Shown: positions 25,425 to 37,725, counted from the whole stretch's first letter. The stretch: DNA of 63,713 nucleotides, filler included, from Globobulimina sp. (GCA_003354225.1; 44 parts of 44 records of this genome joined end to end with filler, not necessarily neighbours in it); one strand, 5' to 3'. A program made the numbers and translations. Notes: generated by a model not told the origin, from the letters alone.

Positions 25425-26024
25425 ATGGGCAGTTCTGTGAGTAATGTATGTGTATATTGATACTGTTCAATATTGTGAATGAGACAAAACGATAATACAG
25501 TACGAACAGTACGAATGTATGTGTGGTAAAAAGTTGACGAAGGTTACGGGTGTTTCGACGGTATACAAGTGTTTCATGTGTTGTGAGCTGCGAAACAGAA
25601 TTTTCTCTTGCGATAATAATATACACAAAAATGGGATTGATATTTGCGAGAAATGTATTGGCACTTATCATGTTTTGCATTTTCAAAAAGAAGCAAAACC
25701 AACATCATGGCAAAAAATGATGCAGTCTCGTCTCGATCTCACTTGTGTCTGTCAATCCAAATTGAAGAAAATTCAAGCAATAAAAATTGGAGCAAAGGAA
25801 TGTGATGGCTGTCGTAAATCCGCCAAGGCTGACGATTTGGTGTATTATTGTTCATGTTTTAATAATGTGATGTATTACTTTAGATTTGCACGGCATGTGG
25901 CGCTTTGTCCATATAATTTATGTTTGGATTGTATTAAAAAACCAAACGCTGAACGTATGACAATATTGAAACAAAAATGTGAGTTCGTATTACAACGTTG
26001 TGTAGACAAAATAATGGAAACTAA
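25425..26024 (+). CDS. N-myristoylated protein with two Cys-rich Zn-binding repeats
   Basis: MGSSVSN, then a phase-0 intron at 25446..25500, then two CxC..L...CxxC...C...(D/N)xCxxC units. Confidence 0.7.
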
Positions 26025-26124
26025 NNNNNNNNNNNNNNNNNNNNNNNNNNNNNNNNNNNNNNNNNNNNTTAATTAATTAANNNNNNNNNNNNNNNNNNNN
26101 NNNNNNNNNNNNNNNNNNNNNNNN

Positions 26125-27475
26125 TTGTAGAATTAATACATTGATTATATTTTGCTTCTAAACCATTCAAATTCTTTTGCAATCTTTGCATTGTCATCAA
26201 ATCAAATTCTTTTAAATTAACCATCGGCTTTACTCGATTCATTCCAATATTATTATTATTATCATTCATTGTATTAATAAACGAATTAAATGAAAATATA
26301 TCACCACTACCAATATTATAATCGTTATTATCTGTTTTCGCTTCATACACTTTACAGTTTTTCCTCATCCATTCGAGGGTCGCATGCGACGCAAAACACA
26401 TTCCCAATATTTCATTATGGATTTTGGTAATATACTGCTTAGGCTCCATCCTTTTTGAGTCGTCATCAGCAAAAAACTGTATTTTATTAAGTTATGTAAC
26501 TTGACTTATGTGACTTCTGTGACATTAATATTACACATAACACTGTATACCTTTTGAGTAAATATGGCTTTTAATGTGGGAGATATTTCATTTTTGCCGG
26601 TTGTTTGATTGTAAGTATTTATAATTTGCTGCTTCTCTGCTTTTAATTGACGTATATCCCCTTTATACTGCTCAATTAAATGCAATTTATCATCTAATTG
26701 TTGTTTAATTGCCCTATATTTATTCTGTGATTCTGCTTTTTCGTTTTTAAAGCGATAAAAATTATTATTATTGCTATTGCGCTCTGTGTGTAAACTCTGT
26801 ATGATACATTTTAATGTTTGTATCTCGTCTTTTTGATGATCAATGATTCCCAAATTATCATTTAGACAGTTATCTAAGTCGCGTTTTTCAACAATTAACG
26901 CATCTTTTTCATTTTGCATGGATATCAAACTGCTTTCTGTATTTTGCTGGTATTCATCAAACTCATTTCGCAGTCGATTTATGGTTCTATATTTATTGCA
27001 AAATGGGAGAAATATGAAAAAAATAAGCATTAAAAAATATATTACCTTTTATGTTGAGCAATTTCTTGGACAGCATTTGATTGTGATGGTGGTGGCGATG
27101 GTGATGGTCTGGGTGACGGTGACGGTGAATGTGGATTGTTATACGAATCATTGTTATTTACTTGTGTAAAAAATGGACGTTCTGCGGATTTATCTCTGTG
27201 TTTTTGGGCACAGTTAAGGCAAAAATCAAAGCCATTGAGATGAAATAGATTTTGATTTTTGGGACAATGAAATATTATCTTTGTGCCAGGTACTTTTGCT
27301 TTACATCCGTCACATAAAATAGTTGAATTTAATGCGGTATTATATGCTTGATGACCTTTCACTCTTTGCATTTTCCCATCACATCCTGATTTAACACATG
27401 GTACCACCCAATTTTCAGATTCTTTCTCTTGGTCTGCTACGTTTGAACGTCGATTTGCAGCATCGAGAAGGGCTC
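26125..27475 (-). CDS. Multi-exon protein: Cys-rich Zn module, Pro/Ser linker, coiled coil
   Basis: Three same-strand ORFs separated by short intron-like gaps. Contains CDGC...FHCP...HLNGFDFCLNC followed by heptad-rich sequence. Confidence 0.65.
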
Positions 27476-27575
27476 NNNNNNNNNNNNNNNNNNNNNNNNN
27501 NNNNNNNNNNNNNNNNNNNTTAATTAATTAANNNNNNNNNNNNNNNNNNNNNNNNNNNNNNNNNNNNNNNNNNNN

Positions 27576-28087
27576 ATATGAGAATTGCAGAAGTGGATAG
27601 TTTAATATATATTATAGGCGGTTACTCTGAAACACTCAACTCATCTGTAAAAAATGTAAATGTTTTGGATCCCACCACTGACGACATAATGAGTGGTGTT
27701 AATCTGAGTCATGCCACAAATAGAGGTGCTGTCACAGAAAATATAGATGGCATTGTTTATTTGTTTGGAGGTTATAGTAACTCGACTACATTATCCATTT
27801 GGCAATGGTCGGTTACTGCTGATGAGCGTTCAAAAGATAGTCTCTTATGGCGGTATATGACTATCACGGGGATAGTTTTGGGTGTCGTTATGATTATAGT
27901 TTGTATTTTTTTGATGATGAGAAGATGGTGTCGTAACCGCAAATTTAAGGTTACGTTTAGGAAACTATCGATATCATACGGTGGTGCAGGTGAGGAAGGA
28001 CAAATTGACAAAAGCAATCTGGTGGAGAAAGATGTCAGTTTTAAACATATTATGGACACATCGTTCCAATCTTCTTATAATGATTAA
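27576..28087 (+). CDS. Kelch-repeat type I membrane protein, C-terminal part
   Basis: IYIIGG and VYLFGG Kelch blades, a TM helix and a basic stop-transfer sequence. Confidence 0.8.
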
Positions 28088-28322
28088 TGTTTTTTGTGTA
28101 CATAAAGTTTCTCACTTTTCAGAGTTATGAGAAACTGTGTATACTAATTATTCGTTTAATGGGGTTTATGATCATCTGGCTCGTGACCATTAACTACAAT
28201 GTATAGTACTACAATAAAACACTGGGGAATGCATTTTTTAATGACCTCAATGTCACGAAGGGATGATCTAGCTCTTCCTTCTGATAATTCAAAAAACCCG
28301 CAACTTGTATATATAGTTTTCA

Positions 28323-28925
28323 ATGACATCTCTAAAATATTTGTTAAGTCTAGCAGTATCCGATGTGTTTTGCATACAGACGCATGCAAATACAATAACA
28401 TCGTGGAGTGAATCAGCTAATTTGCCAACGCCATTGGCAGAATCAATAAGTGGTTATAATACGCATGAAAATGTGATATGGATTCTAGGCGGAAAGAATG
28501 GCAATGCAGAAACAGATTCGTTATTCACATTTGATACAGCAACGAATGAGTTTACAGCTCGAAACTATGATAACAAGATCTATATTTCCGCCAGCTCCTA
28601 TACCTGGATTGGAGACTCTATGTATTTCATAAATGATTTTATTTTATATGAATTAAATATGATATATAATTTTGTTACTTATAATCCAAAATTAAGTGAA
28701 GAAAACACGTTAACGCCCATCCATTATGCTGACGCACCATCAATTACTACAGATCCTGATCAACAAAAATATTTGTTTGTCACTGGCGGTGTTGTCAATG
28801 GTTCTGTTGTAGACACATTGAGTATATATGACATTGAAAAACATAATTGGATAACAACACAAACGCCATCGATGAACTATCCGCGGTTTGGACATAATTG
28901 TATTGCCAGAAATAATTATTTGTAT
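28323..28925 (+). CDS. Secreted or membrane Kelch-repeat protein, N-terminal part
   Basis: Signal-peptide-like start, then IWILGG, LFVTGG and PSMNYPRFGH. Confidence 0.8.
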
Positions 28926-29136
28926 NNNNNNNNNNNNNNNNNNNNNNNNNNNNNNNNNNNNNNNNNNNNTTAATTAATTAANNNNNNNNNNNNNNNNNNN
29001 NNNNNNNNNNNNNNNNNNNNNNNNNTTTATATATTGCTGATCAAATTACTTTGATTGTATTGTCCTACCTGTGATGTACTATGTATTTATAGTTCAATAA
29101 TTCATCCCTTGTTGTTCACACACTAACTGTCCAGCC

Positions 29137-30230
29137 ATGGACCTGCGATTAGCAATCAAAGCAATCCAAGTGCTGAACATTGACAAGGATGAGTCAACAT
29201 CGTGCGCAAATGGATTAGTTCTAAACACAAAGATTAAGAACGAATCATATATTGTATCAGATGCTGATGAAGAGTTATTAATATTAGTTTCTTTTAAAGA
29301 AATCGTCGAATTAAAATCAATTAAAATATATGCATTAGCTACAAACATTGAAAATGATGAAAAATCAGCACCTAAAGACATCGATATATTTGCCCTTAAA
29401 AAGTTAAATGTTGATTTTGATGATGTTGCATCAATGAAAGCACATAAATCCATCAGTTGTAAACCAGTAAAAATCGCTAAAGGACAAAATATTAAATTAC
29501 AAAAAAATACAAAATTCCCTTTAAAATTCAAAAAAATTCAACATTTAGCAATTCATATTAAATCCAATCAAAACAATACAGAAACAACTTTTATTAATGC
29601 CATTGGATTGAAAGGAGAAATTGATAATACTTTATATCTTCAATCACATTCACTTGAATCCAAAAACGATGATAATGTTTAGTATTTTTACAACATCTCT
29701 GTGTTTATTACAGTAATACAAGGTACTTTATTTAATATTTAATATATTTACAGAAAATAAGGTTAATCGATCGAATAAAAGCTGAAACAAACTATGCAGA
29801 ATTCGAATGGACATTAGATAGAAAAGATTTTGAGCTATTTAAAAAAGCACAACATTCCGAGGTAACATTTATTAGCGATTATCATAATATCAGTGGATGT
29901 ATAATGTTTTTTGAAATGACACCAAATGGATACAGTGATAGTACCAACAAACATGTTAATTGTACCCATATATGGTTAAGATTGCAATTATTGCCTGATC
30001 AGAAAAAGTATGCAGCTGTGAAATATCAATGGAGATGTTTTGCTGATGGTGGCAAAATATCATTTTTTGAAAAAAGTAATGATGTCTTGTCAAAAGATCA
30101 CTATTCGCTAAGCACTGGTAAAGGCGTTTCATTTTCAGATTTAAAAGTGTTAAATGTCAATGAATTGCGTTTTCAATGTTATGTAACAATAAAGGTATTT
30201 TGTTTTGTGCTGTGTGTTGACATATATTAG
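29137..30230 (+). CDS. PITH-domain protein with a downstream MATH/TRAF-like domain
   Basis: PITH motifs SDADEELLI, APKDIDIF, HLAIHIKSNQ. A phase-0 GT-AG intron at 29677..29753 joins in frame to FEWTL...FFEMTPNG...IWLRL. Confidence 0.7.
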
Positions 30231-30481
30231 ACCTTTGGAATTTATCCGGTCGAATTCGCCTTGAGTTCGAGTGCTTGGAGCCTATGATGGAGTGTATATG
30301 ATCTCTAAAGGCGTTTGTATGCAAATATATTTCTCTACATCTAGTCATCCAGAGACAGTGATAAAGTCATCTTTANNNNNNNNNNNNNNNNNNNNNNNNN
30401 NNNNNNNNNNNNNNNNNNNTTAATTAATTAANNNNNNNNNNNNNNNNNNNNNNNNNNNNNNNNNNNNNNNNNNNNCCGATC

Positions 30482-31114
30482 TCATCGCGGCTTATCTCTG
30501 ATATCGCGCAATATCGATATTATGTTATATTTGCATTCGTGTATCCCCTTATTATTAAAGGCTGAACAGTATAATATCGATTCCAATACAAAGTGTTCTT
30601 TGGTGGGTGAAGAGAATTTGTTTTTCAATGCAGTTAATTCAGTCTGTGATAAACGATCGATTTGATTGAAACAAGCAATTAACGGGGAATGTAGTGTGAT
30701 ATCTGCAAACTGCTCAATCCAATATTCATCCAAATCTTCGATAGATTTGGACGACGACGCATTCATTAATACAATGACTAAGTCGGCAGTTTGCATTTGT
30801 TGCTGTGTGCCCATGACATCGCGGGCTGCGGTGTCGACGATGCGTACTGTCTCACCGTCTATATTTACGGTTTGTGCCTCGACAATTAACTCATCCATAT
30901 CCATGTCTAATTCGCTATTTGTATTGGAATGCGATGAGGAGGCTGAGTCTCTGGAGCCTTCATCATCGCTGTTGATGTTTAACCTCTTTCTTGCTTTTAT
31001 ATTCCTTTTGTTGTCCCTATCTGTATCGCCTAGTAATGCTTTCACGAACGAGGACTTACCTACGCCGTAATTACCTACTACTACGACTACGGGTGGAATG
31101 TCTCGCGAGTACAT
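30482..31114 (-). CDS. Miro-like (Ras superfamily) GTPase domain
   Basis: GNYGVGKSS, IVDTAA, ADLVIVL, YWI, NQID and YCSA. G3 and G4 are atypical. Confidence 0.7.
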   Translation of the reverse strand: MYSRDIPPVVVVVGNYGVGKSSFVKALLGDTDRDNKRNIKARKRLNINSDDEGSRDSASSSHSNTNSELDMDMDELIVEAQTVNIDGETVRIVDTAARDVMGTQQQMQTADLVIVLMNASSSKSIEDLDEYWIEQFADITLHSPLIACFNQIDRLSQTELTALKNKFSSPTKEHFVLESILYCSAFNNKGIHECKYNIISILRDIRDKPR

Positions 31115-31175
31115 GCTTTTACACTATAGTGACTTGGACGTTTTTTAATTTAATCAATTATTAATTGCATGGACC

Positions 31176-31825
31176 ATGGTACGAGAAGAAAATGTCGATG
31201 AACTGTGGACTCATTTTTTTATCATCTTTGGCTTTGCTATGCTATTTTATGCAGTTCTGTATATCTGCGTATTTCGCAGACAATTACACTATAAAAAGCA
31301 ACAACAAATTGCTAACAAACTGCAACAAACACCTACTAAAATATCATCAATCGATGAAAACAAAAGCATAGAATCTGAATCGCAACAAAAACATGAAAAC
31401 GGAGTTAAATCAGATATCAAAAAACAGTTAGAATCGACTATAACTACAAATATCTATGAATCAACATTGGGTCCAATACAATGTGTAAATTATACGGGCT
31501 GTGCTGCATCAATGATAAATGCATTTCTTTGTGTATGTGGGTCATTGTGTTTGTTTTATTCGCCATATTGGGACGATATTATCTATGGAACGCCGTTAAT
31601 TGCATTCTATATTATTCCTGCAGTCCAATCATATTTTATCATTGATTTTTGTGCTCCGATTGTAATTTATGTTATTTATTCAGTGCCATCCGTTAAATGT
31701 GACATGATATTCCATCATTTCATTGCATTGCTATATTTGTATTGGATACTAACACCCAAACCACTCTGCTTTCACTGGCTACCGCTTGGACCACACTCGT
31801 CCTGGAGCGTGCAAATAATATCAAT
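31176..31825 (+). CDS. TLC (TRAM/LAG1/CLN8) domain membrane protein, 5' part
   Basis: SYFIIDF and MIFHHF motifs in a multi-TM protein. Confidence 0.75.
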
Positions 31826-31928
31826 NNNNNNNNNNNNNNNNNNNNNNNNNNNNNNNNNNNNNNNNNNNNTTAATTAATTAANNNNNNNNNNNNNNNNNNN
31901 NNNNNNNNNNNNNNNNNNNNNNNNNGCA

Positions 31929-32597
31929 TTGTTATTGATATTGACAGCAAAGCATAAAAAACAAATAAGTCGCGGCAGACAACGCTCGCAAAATATTTAT
32001 ATGGATAAACAACATATCAATGAGTTATATAATTTTACAGAACAAATATGGAATCGGTTGTTGATGATTCATGAAAATTTCGCATTTTGGAATAAAAAAT
32101 TTAATCATAATTTGAATAAAATAAATGATAAAACGAATAAATATATTTCCGATCTATGGCAAATTTACGCCAAATATAAAAAGTATGACAATGAAATCGA
32201 AGGATTAATACTAATGAAATTAAAAAATGATATTGAAAAAGTAAAACGTGACAATATAATGTTACTGCCTCAGTTTGATAATTTTCTAACAAAAATACCT
32301 AAACGATATAGAAAAACGTTTAAGGAGTTGAAGAGTGCAGAAAGTACGAATATTGATGTTGATAAAATATACTTTTTATTAAGAAAATTGTTGGAAAATT
32401 ATAATAACAATAAATTATCACATTTGAATGATGTGAAAGAAAATAAAAAGAGTGAAGATGAAAATAAAGGAGGAATATCAATGACCAGTGATCGATTAAG
32501 TAATGAACCGCCATCAATTAGTAATTTAATTGGTGGCTATCTGATGTATGGTGATCAAAATGAACCAGATATTATTTTAACTCAGAACAGTTTGTGA
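31929..32597 (+). CDS. Hypothetical helical protein, 3' part
   Basis: Long open frame in AT-rich DNA. No motif recognised. Confidence 0.5.
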   Translation: MLLILTAKHKKQISRGRQRSQNIYMDKQHINELYNFTEQIWNRLLMIHENFAFWNKKFNHNLNKINDKTNKYISDLWQIYAKYKKYDNEIEGLILMKLKNDIEKVKRDNIMLLPQFDNFLTKIPKRYRKTFKELKSAESTNIDVDKIYFLLRKLLENYNNNKLSHLNDVKENKKSEDENKGGISMTSDRLSNEPPSISNLIGGYLMYGDQNEPDIILTQNSL

Positions 32598-32778
32598 CTA
32601 AATTAAATAGTTTTAGAGAGTCATTAAATTAATATATGGCCAACTCGTCCATCTTGAATTCAATGATAGCTTTTATAGTGATCTCAATCTCCGAAAATCA
32701 ACATTAACGAATCGTGAATGTAAAGTTGGATTTGAAAAGACGTTGCATATGTTTTTCATATTAGCACACAGCCACTTA

Positions 32779-33275
32779 TTAAAGGACAGTTTGGCTGCCA
32801 AATGGTTGGTGCTTTTCATAGGGTACTTGGAAAGTTCTGTAGCATAAAGCATCAGGGTTTGATTGTACTGTAATAAAATTACGATATGCTGGGAATTCTG
32901 TATGCAAATATGTAATATACGAGATGCTTAAACGTAAAACGTAAAGCACTAAATATATTACTTTTGAAGTATCAATATTCCATAAAAAACATATTCCATA
33001 AAACAATATACTTAATGCTATGATATCAATACAACCATTAAATGAATCAAGCCATATGATGGATGCCATTTCATTTTTTAATTCGACAATTAATTCCAAA
33101 CTAGCTCTATCATAACAACCCATATCATATATATGTTGCGCTGTATCTAACATATCGTTGATAGTGACTAAAGCAACCATAGCCAATGTTGCTACAGAGG
33201 TCAGGAATGATGAAAATGCCATAATATAAATACCAAATTCCTTTGCTCCAATTTTACATAAAGTCAATATTATGG
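32779..33275 (-). CDS. Hypothetical multi-TM protein, 3' part
   Basis: About 3 TM segments with luminal Cys residues. Confidence 0.5.
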
Positions 33276-33377
33276 NNNNNNNNNNNNNNNNNNNNNNNNN
33301 NNNNNNNNNNNNNNNNNNNTTAATTAATTAANNNNNNNNNNNNNNNNNNNNNNNNNNNNNNNNNNNNNNNNNNNNGA

Positions 33378-33503
33378 TTCTTACAAAATGTGGTTCGTGA
33401 TGCAGTCACATATTGCGATCATGGAAAAAGAAAAACTGTCACTGCTTTAGATATTGTTTATGCTCTAAAAAGACAAGGACGCACTTTATATGGTGTTAAT
33501 TAA
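33378..33503 (+). CDS. H4: Histone H4, C-terminal part (divergent)
   Basis: Manual translation [41 protein letters not shown]. Not in the ORF track. Confidence 0.96.
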   Translation, partial: FLQNVVRDAVTYCDHGKRKTVTALDIVYALKRQGRTLYGVN

Positions 33504-33537
33504 ACTCATTCAACTTTCATATCACAAACACAAACCA

Positions 33538-33553
33538 GGTGTTTTTCAACACC
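33538..33553 (+). promoter_or_regulatory. Histone mRNA 3' stem-loop
   Basis: GGTGTT-TTTC-AACACC (6-bp stem, 4-nt loop) 34 nt after the H4 stop, flanked by AAACCA and ACCA. Confidence 0.88.
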
Positions 33554-33900
33554 ACCAAATTTAGAATCCGATCCAACATCCTCCGATGTATGGATATTTT
33601 TCGAAATATAATAAGTTTATATTAAACGCTGTCATTATCTTTATTTACAATTATCAGTTTTTAATATGTCCTGCGTGTGATTTTTTTTTTTTAATGTTAA
33701 CATTGTTAAATGGTCCATAATCAATTTTAATTGTATGTCTGGATTAAATATTATTTCATTTATTTGCAGTGATTTTGTAGGATTTGGGAGAGATATAAAT
33801 ATATTTGTAATTGGTAATAGTATACAGTGAGGGTTATCTATCTGAATGAAGTTTTAGTTGAAAAATATGAAGTTACTCGGAAATTAAACCATCACAATAA

Positions 33901-34725
33901 ATGCCGTCAACTCACAATAAAACTGTAGAAATATTGTTGGTACTATGGATTGTTACAATGTTCATAATGATTGAATATACCTCGGTGTTAAATGATGCTC
34001 CTTTACAAACAATGAATACATTTTATAATGAAATGGATGATGATTCAAAATTTATTTGTAATACTACTAAGCATCGATATATATACATGGAATTGTTACT
34101 AAATGAAATGAATTCGAATAATATTAAGAATATGAGGAAAAAAACAACTTCATTGGATATATATAATCATTTTATAAGATGTAATAACGATAAATATCTG
34201 AATCGTCCATCAAAACAAATATTAGTTTCTATTATAAATGGGATTATTTATACAAATATAGACTCATTGCAACGACGTGATTTGTATGAAAAGGCGATAA
34301 TAATATATTTGTATCATTTAATGAAAAAATACGGTTCGTCTTTACCAAATACCCAATTTTTTTGGCATTTTCATGATTTTCGAGATAAAGATGAAATGGG
34401 ATGGTTATATAACAAAACAAACTGGTTATTAAATAATACAGTTCCTACATTTTGGAGTGATGTTGATATTGCAGATAATTATCCGTATAATAATTTATTT
34501 TTATTTGCAGTCTCTCGCTCATATTTAAAATATAAATATTATGCGGATCTTAATGAAAATAATTCCAATTCATTAAATATATTTGTTCCTTTTATTAAAT
34601 CAAATTTTGAATATCGAGTTGAAGATTATATCTAATTTAAAGAAATTGAAAGAAACCAAACACAAAAACAATTATTAATGGAATGGAAAAATAAAGAAAT
34701 AAATAAAGCATTTTTTCGTGGAAGA
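33901..34725 (+). CDS. GT90/CAP10-like glycosyltransferase (type II membrane), frame break near 34630
   Basis: N-terminal TM and LPNTQFFWHFHD. The +1 frame supplies EWKNKEINKAFFRG. Confidence 0.6.
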
Positions 34726-34825
34726 NNNNNNNNNNNNNNNNNNNNNNNNNNNNNNNNNNNNNNNNNNNNTTAATTAATTAANNNNNNNNNNNNNNNNNNN
34801 NNNNNNNNNNNNNNNNNNNNNNNNN

Positions 34826-36175
34826 CTGAGCGTGGATGTCGGTGCAGCGCCGCCGTGGACTGAGCTGGATGAAGTGGATTATGATCAATTTACAAACACT
34901 GAGGCTGATCAAGACGCATTCGACACAGATTTGGATGACGAGCATGGTGTGGATAGCGGTGCGCCGTCGCGGAGCAAAAAGGAAAACCAACAAAGTGTGG
35001 TGATTAAGAGTGTTTCGCAGGTTTTAAATTCCAACATCAAAAGCGAAATCGAGGCTGAATTGGACGAAGACGACAATAAGACACAGGACGAGAGCGAGGC
35101 TTTGGATTTGCAGTCACAGCCTACATTGCGCTCGCAACCAGCGGTGGAAAATGAATCTGAAACGCCCAAATCCAAAATAATGACATTGATATTGCTGGAT
35201 GATATACTGAATGAGGACTCTGATGATGACAAAGATGAGGTTGTGGCTACAGAGGTGGACCTGGACCCGGACCCGGACCCGGAACTGGATAGTAATAAAT
35301 TGGAAGCTCCAGACAACAAAAAGCAATCAAGTTTGACCCCTATGGACACGGACGAGCTTCTTAGGAAAGAGTCGCAGCAATCCTCTGCAGCATCGCAGCT
35401 GACGCGAGTTTCGCATGTCACTCCGGGAGGGCATGGCTATAAAAATAATTTGGTATTGGAGAAAATGCAGAATTATCGACAGTTACACACTGAGTCGAAG
35501 GAGCTGCACGAAAATGAGGAATATGGATTGTCGTATTATGATGGAAGCGGCACTTTTAACTATAAAAAAGACAGAGATGGGGAGTTTGCGCAGTTTATAC
35601 ATGACGGCGATGGCTTGGGGTTGGAGCAAATGGATGAAGCGGGAAATAGCAGCGACTCTCTAAGACAGTTACAAATGCAGTATGGGAGGGAACAGCTGTT
35701 GAAGGATGACCTGCAAACTGCGTTGTTTGATGAGAGCAATATCGACGACCACGACGAGCCTCATCCAAAAGACACAGCAATGGAACACAAACAGGACGAT
35801 GCTGTCCAACAGCCACAGCCAGCACAGCCAGCAACCGTTGAGAGCAAAAGCGATCATGATTGCGGTGGCTATGACACGCCTGATTTGGGCGAAAGTGTGT
35901 GCGATGTCATCCAGTTTGAGCCAGAGTTACCAGACACAATCCACACGTTTACAGACCACAAAACCATCAGCAACGTGAACGTGATCGATATAATTGACAC
36001 GGAAAAGAGCCTGAAACCATCGGTAGCAAAGCGAATAAGTCGCGGAAACAGCCCCGCTGAGAAGGACGCAAATACTGAGCGGAAATATGATTTATTCGAT
36101 TCAGCGGCGGATAGCAACCACAGCCATGACAACGGCACAAAATCCAAGAATAAAAGCAAAAAACGCAAATCCAAA
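34826..36175 (+). CDS. Acidic disordered protein, internal fragment
   Basis: About 450 open codons, D/E/S-rich. Confidence 0.65.
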
Positions 36176-36275
36176 NNNNNNNNNNNNNNNNNNNNNNNNN
36201 NNNNNNNNNNNNNNNNNNNTTAATTAATTAANNNNNNNNNNNNNNNNNNNNNNNNNNNNNNNNNNNNNNNNNNNN

Positions 36276-36623
36276 ATCCGAATCGTGAACAGTGACATTA
36301 TTATCATTTGTATTTATATCTTTTTTCTGTATACCATAATTTGATAAAATATTCATTATATCATCAAATGATTCATTTATTTGGTTCAATTGCCATAGTT
36401 TTGTACTTGATGGATAAAAAGAGAATTTGCCATCAGAATATAAACCAGCTCCACCAACACCATGTGTTATATCATGCACTTTGTATGGTGATCTATTGGA
36501 TACTTTAGAACCACTTTCACATAAAATGTGATCAATGCCATACTTCTGCAATATATGACTAGAGCATAAACCGGCTGGGCCGCCTCCTATAATCAACACT
36601 GGAACGCGGACTAAACGAGTCAT
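36276..36623 (-). CDS. FAD-dependent oxidoreductase, N-terminal part
   Basis: VLIIGGGPAGL dinucleotide-binding motif and GVGGAGLYSDGKF (COG2509-like). ATG at 36623. Confidence 0.85.
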
Positions 36624-36701
36624 TCTCTGCTTTTTTGTATACAAAATATTATGTTTTATAATACAAAGCAAAAAACCGTAGAGTTATTTACTTTAAATTT
36701 A

Positions 36702-37586
36702 TTATAATTTGCTACTGGACTTGGCAAGGGAATGTCGTTTGGTTTTGAATAACAATTCCAACTCTTTGGGAGTATAATCAATCCATCCTTTATCAAGTTG
36801 TGTGTAACTATCATACCATACATATTCCGGTATAATTTTAATAATTTTATATTTTGTATTTCTCTCAATTTCATGAGCTACTTTTTCAACTCTCATCATT
36901 GCATTATCTCTTCCCATATTTCGAAATCTTAAATTTAAATATCTTTGATATCCTTTATGTTTATTGAATGATAACGGCACTGGAATTTGATATAAATTGC
37001 TAAAATGTAATGATATTTTTTTTAATTCCATAATTTCATCGTTTTTCATCATTTCCAATGCATTTTCATCACTAGTTTTTCTGCCAATTCTTATATGAAA
37101 TTCAAAATATTTTGTTTTAAAGGTTTTTGTGTCATTATCAGTAATTGGTACACCATGAATTCCATACGCCCGCACTTCAATTTTTTCTCTTATTACATTT
37201 AAACCATATTTAAATGCAAACCATTTTGCATCATTATGGCATTCTGATATTACACGTTGTGGATCATCACAATAAATGTATCGCGACGTTTGCATGACAC
37301 AAATTTCATTTTCTTTTCCATCCGTCGGATCTCTGTAAATCAATGCTAAATAACATGCTTTCATTGGAGTTATTTTATATAATCCATCATTTCCATTGTT
37401 TGTAAAATATTTTGCATTCCAATCTTCGACTGCTTTCACATAAGTTGCTAATTCTGCTTTGTTTGGGTTTAATTTTTCTAAAAATATGTGAATTTCCTGT
37501 GTTGCTTCCAAGTCAATACCAACTCCTTTCATTGATGGATAGGATGAACGATATTCGACATCATTCAGTTGGTTCAAAATGGACAT
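36702..37586 (-). CDS. Uncharacterised twin-ExH protein with C-terminal PTS1
   Basis: Complete intronless 294-aa ORF with QEIHIF, MQTS, REKIE, YFEFHI and EYVWYDS..LDKGW. Ends in SKL*. Confidence 0.8.
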   Translation of the reverse strand: MSILNQLNDVEYRSSYPSMKGVGIDLEATQEIHIFLEKLNPNKAELATYVKAVEDWNAKYFTNNGNDGLYKITPMKACYLALIYRDPTDGKENEICVMQTSRYIYCDDPQRVISECHNDAKWFAFKYGLNVIREKIEVRAYGIHGVPITDNDTKTFKTKYFEFHIRIGRKTSDENALEMMKNDEIMELKKISLHFSNLYQIPVPLSFNKHKGYQRYLNLRFRNMGRDNAMMRVEKVAHEIERNTKYKIIKIIPEYVWYDSYTQLDKGWIDYTPKELELLFKTKRHSLAKSSSKL

Positions 37587-37725
37587 CTATGTGCGTCACA
37601 CTCAAGTTACAGTTTTCAAAAATAANNNNNNNNNNNNNNNNNNNNNNNNNNNNNNNNNNNNNNNNNNNNTTAATTAATTAANNNNNNNNNNNNNNNNNNN
37701 NNNNNNNNNNNNNNNNNNNNNNNNN

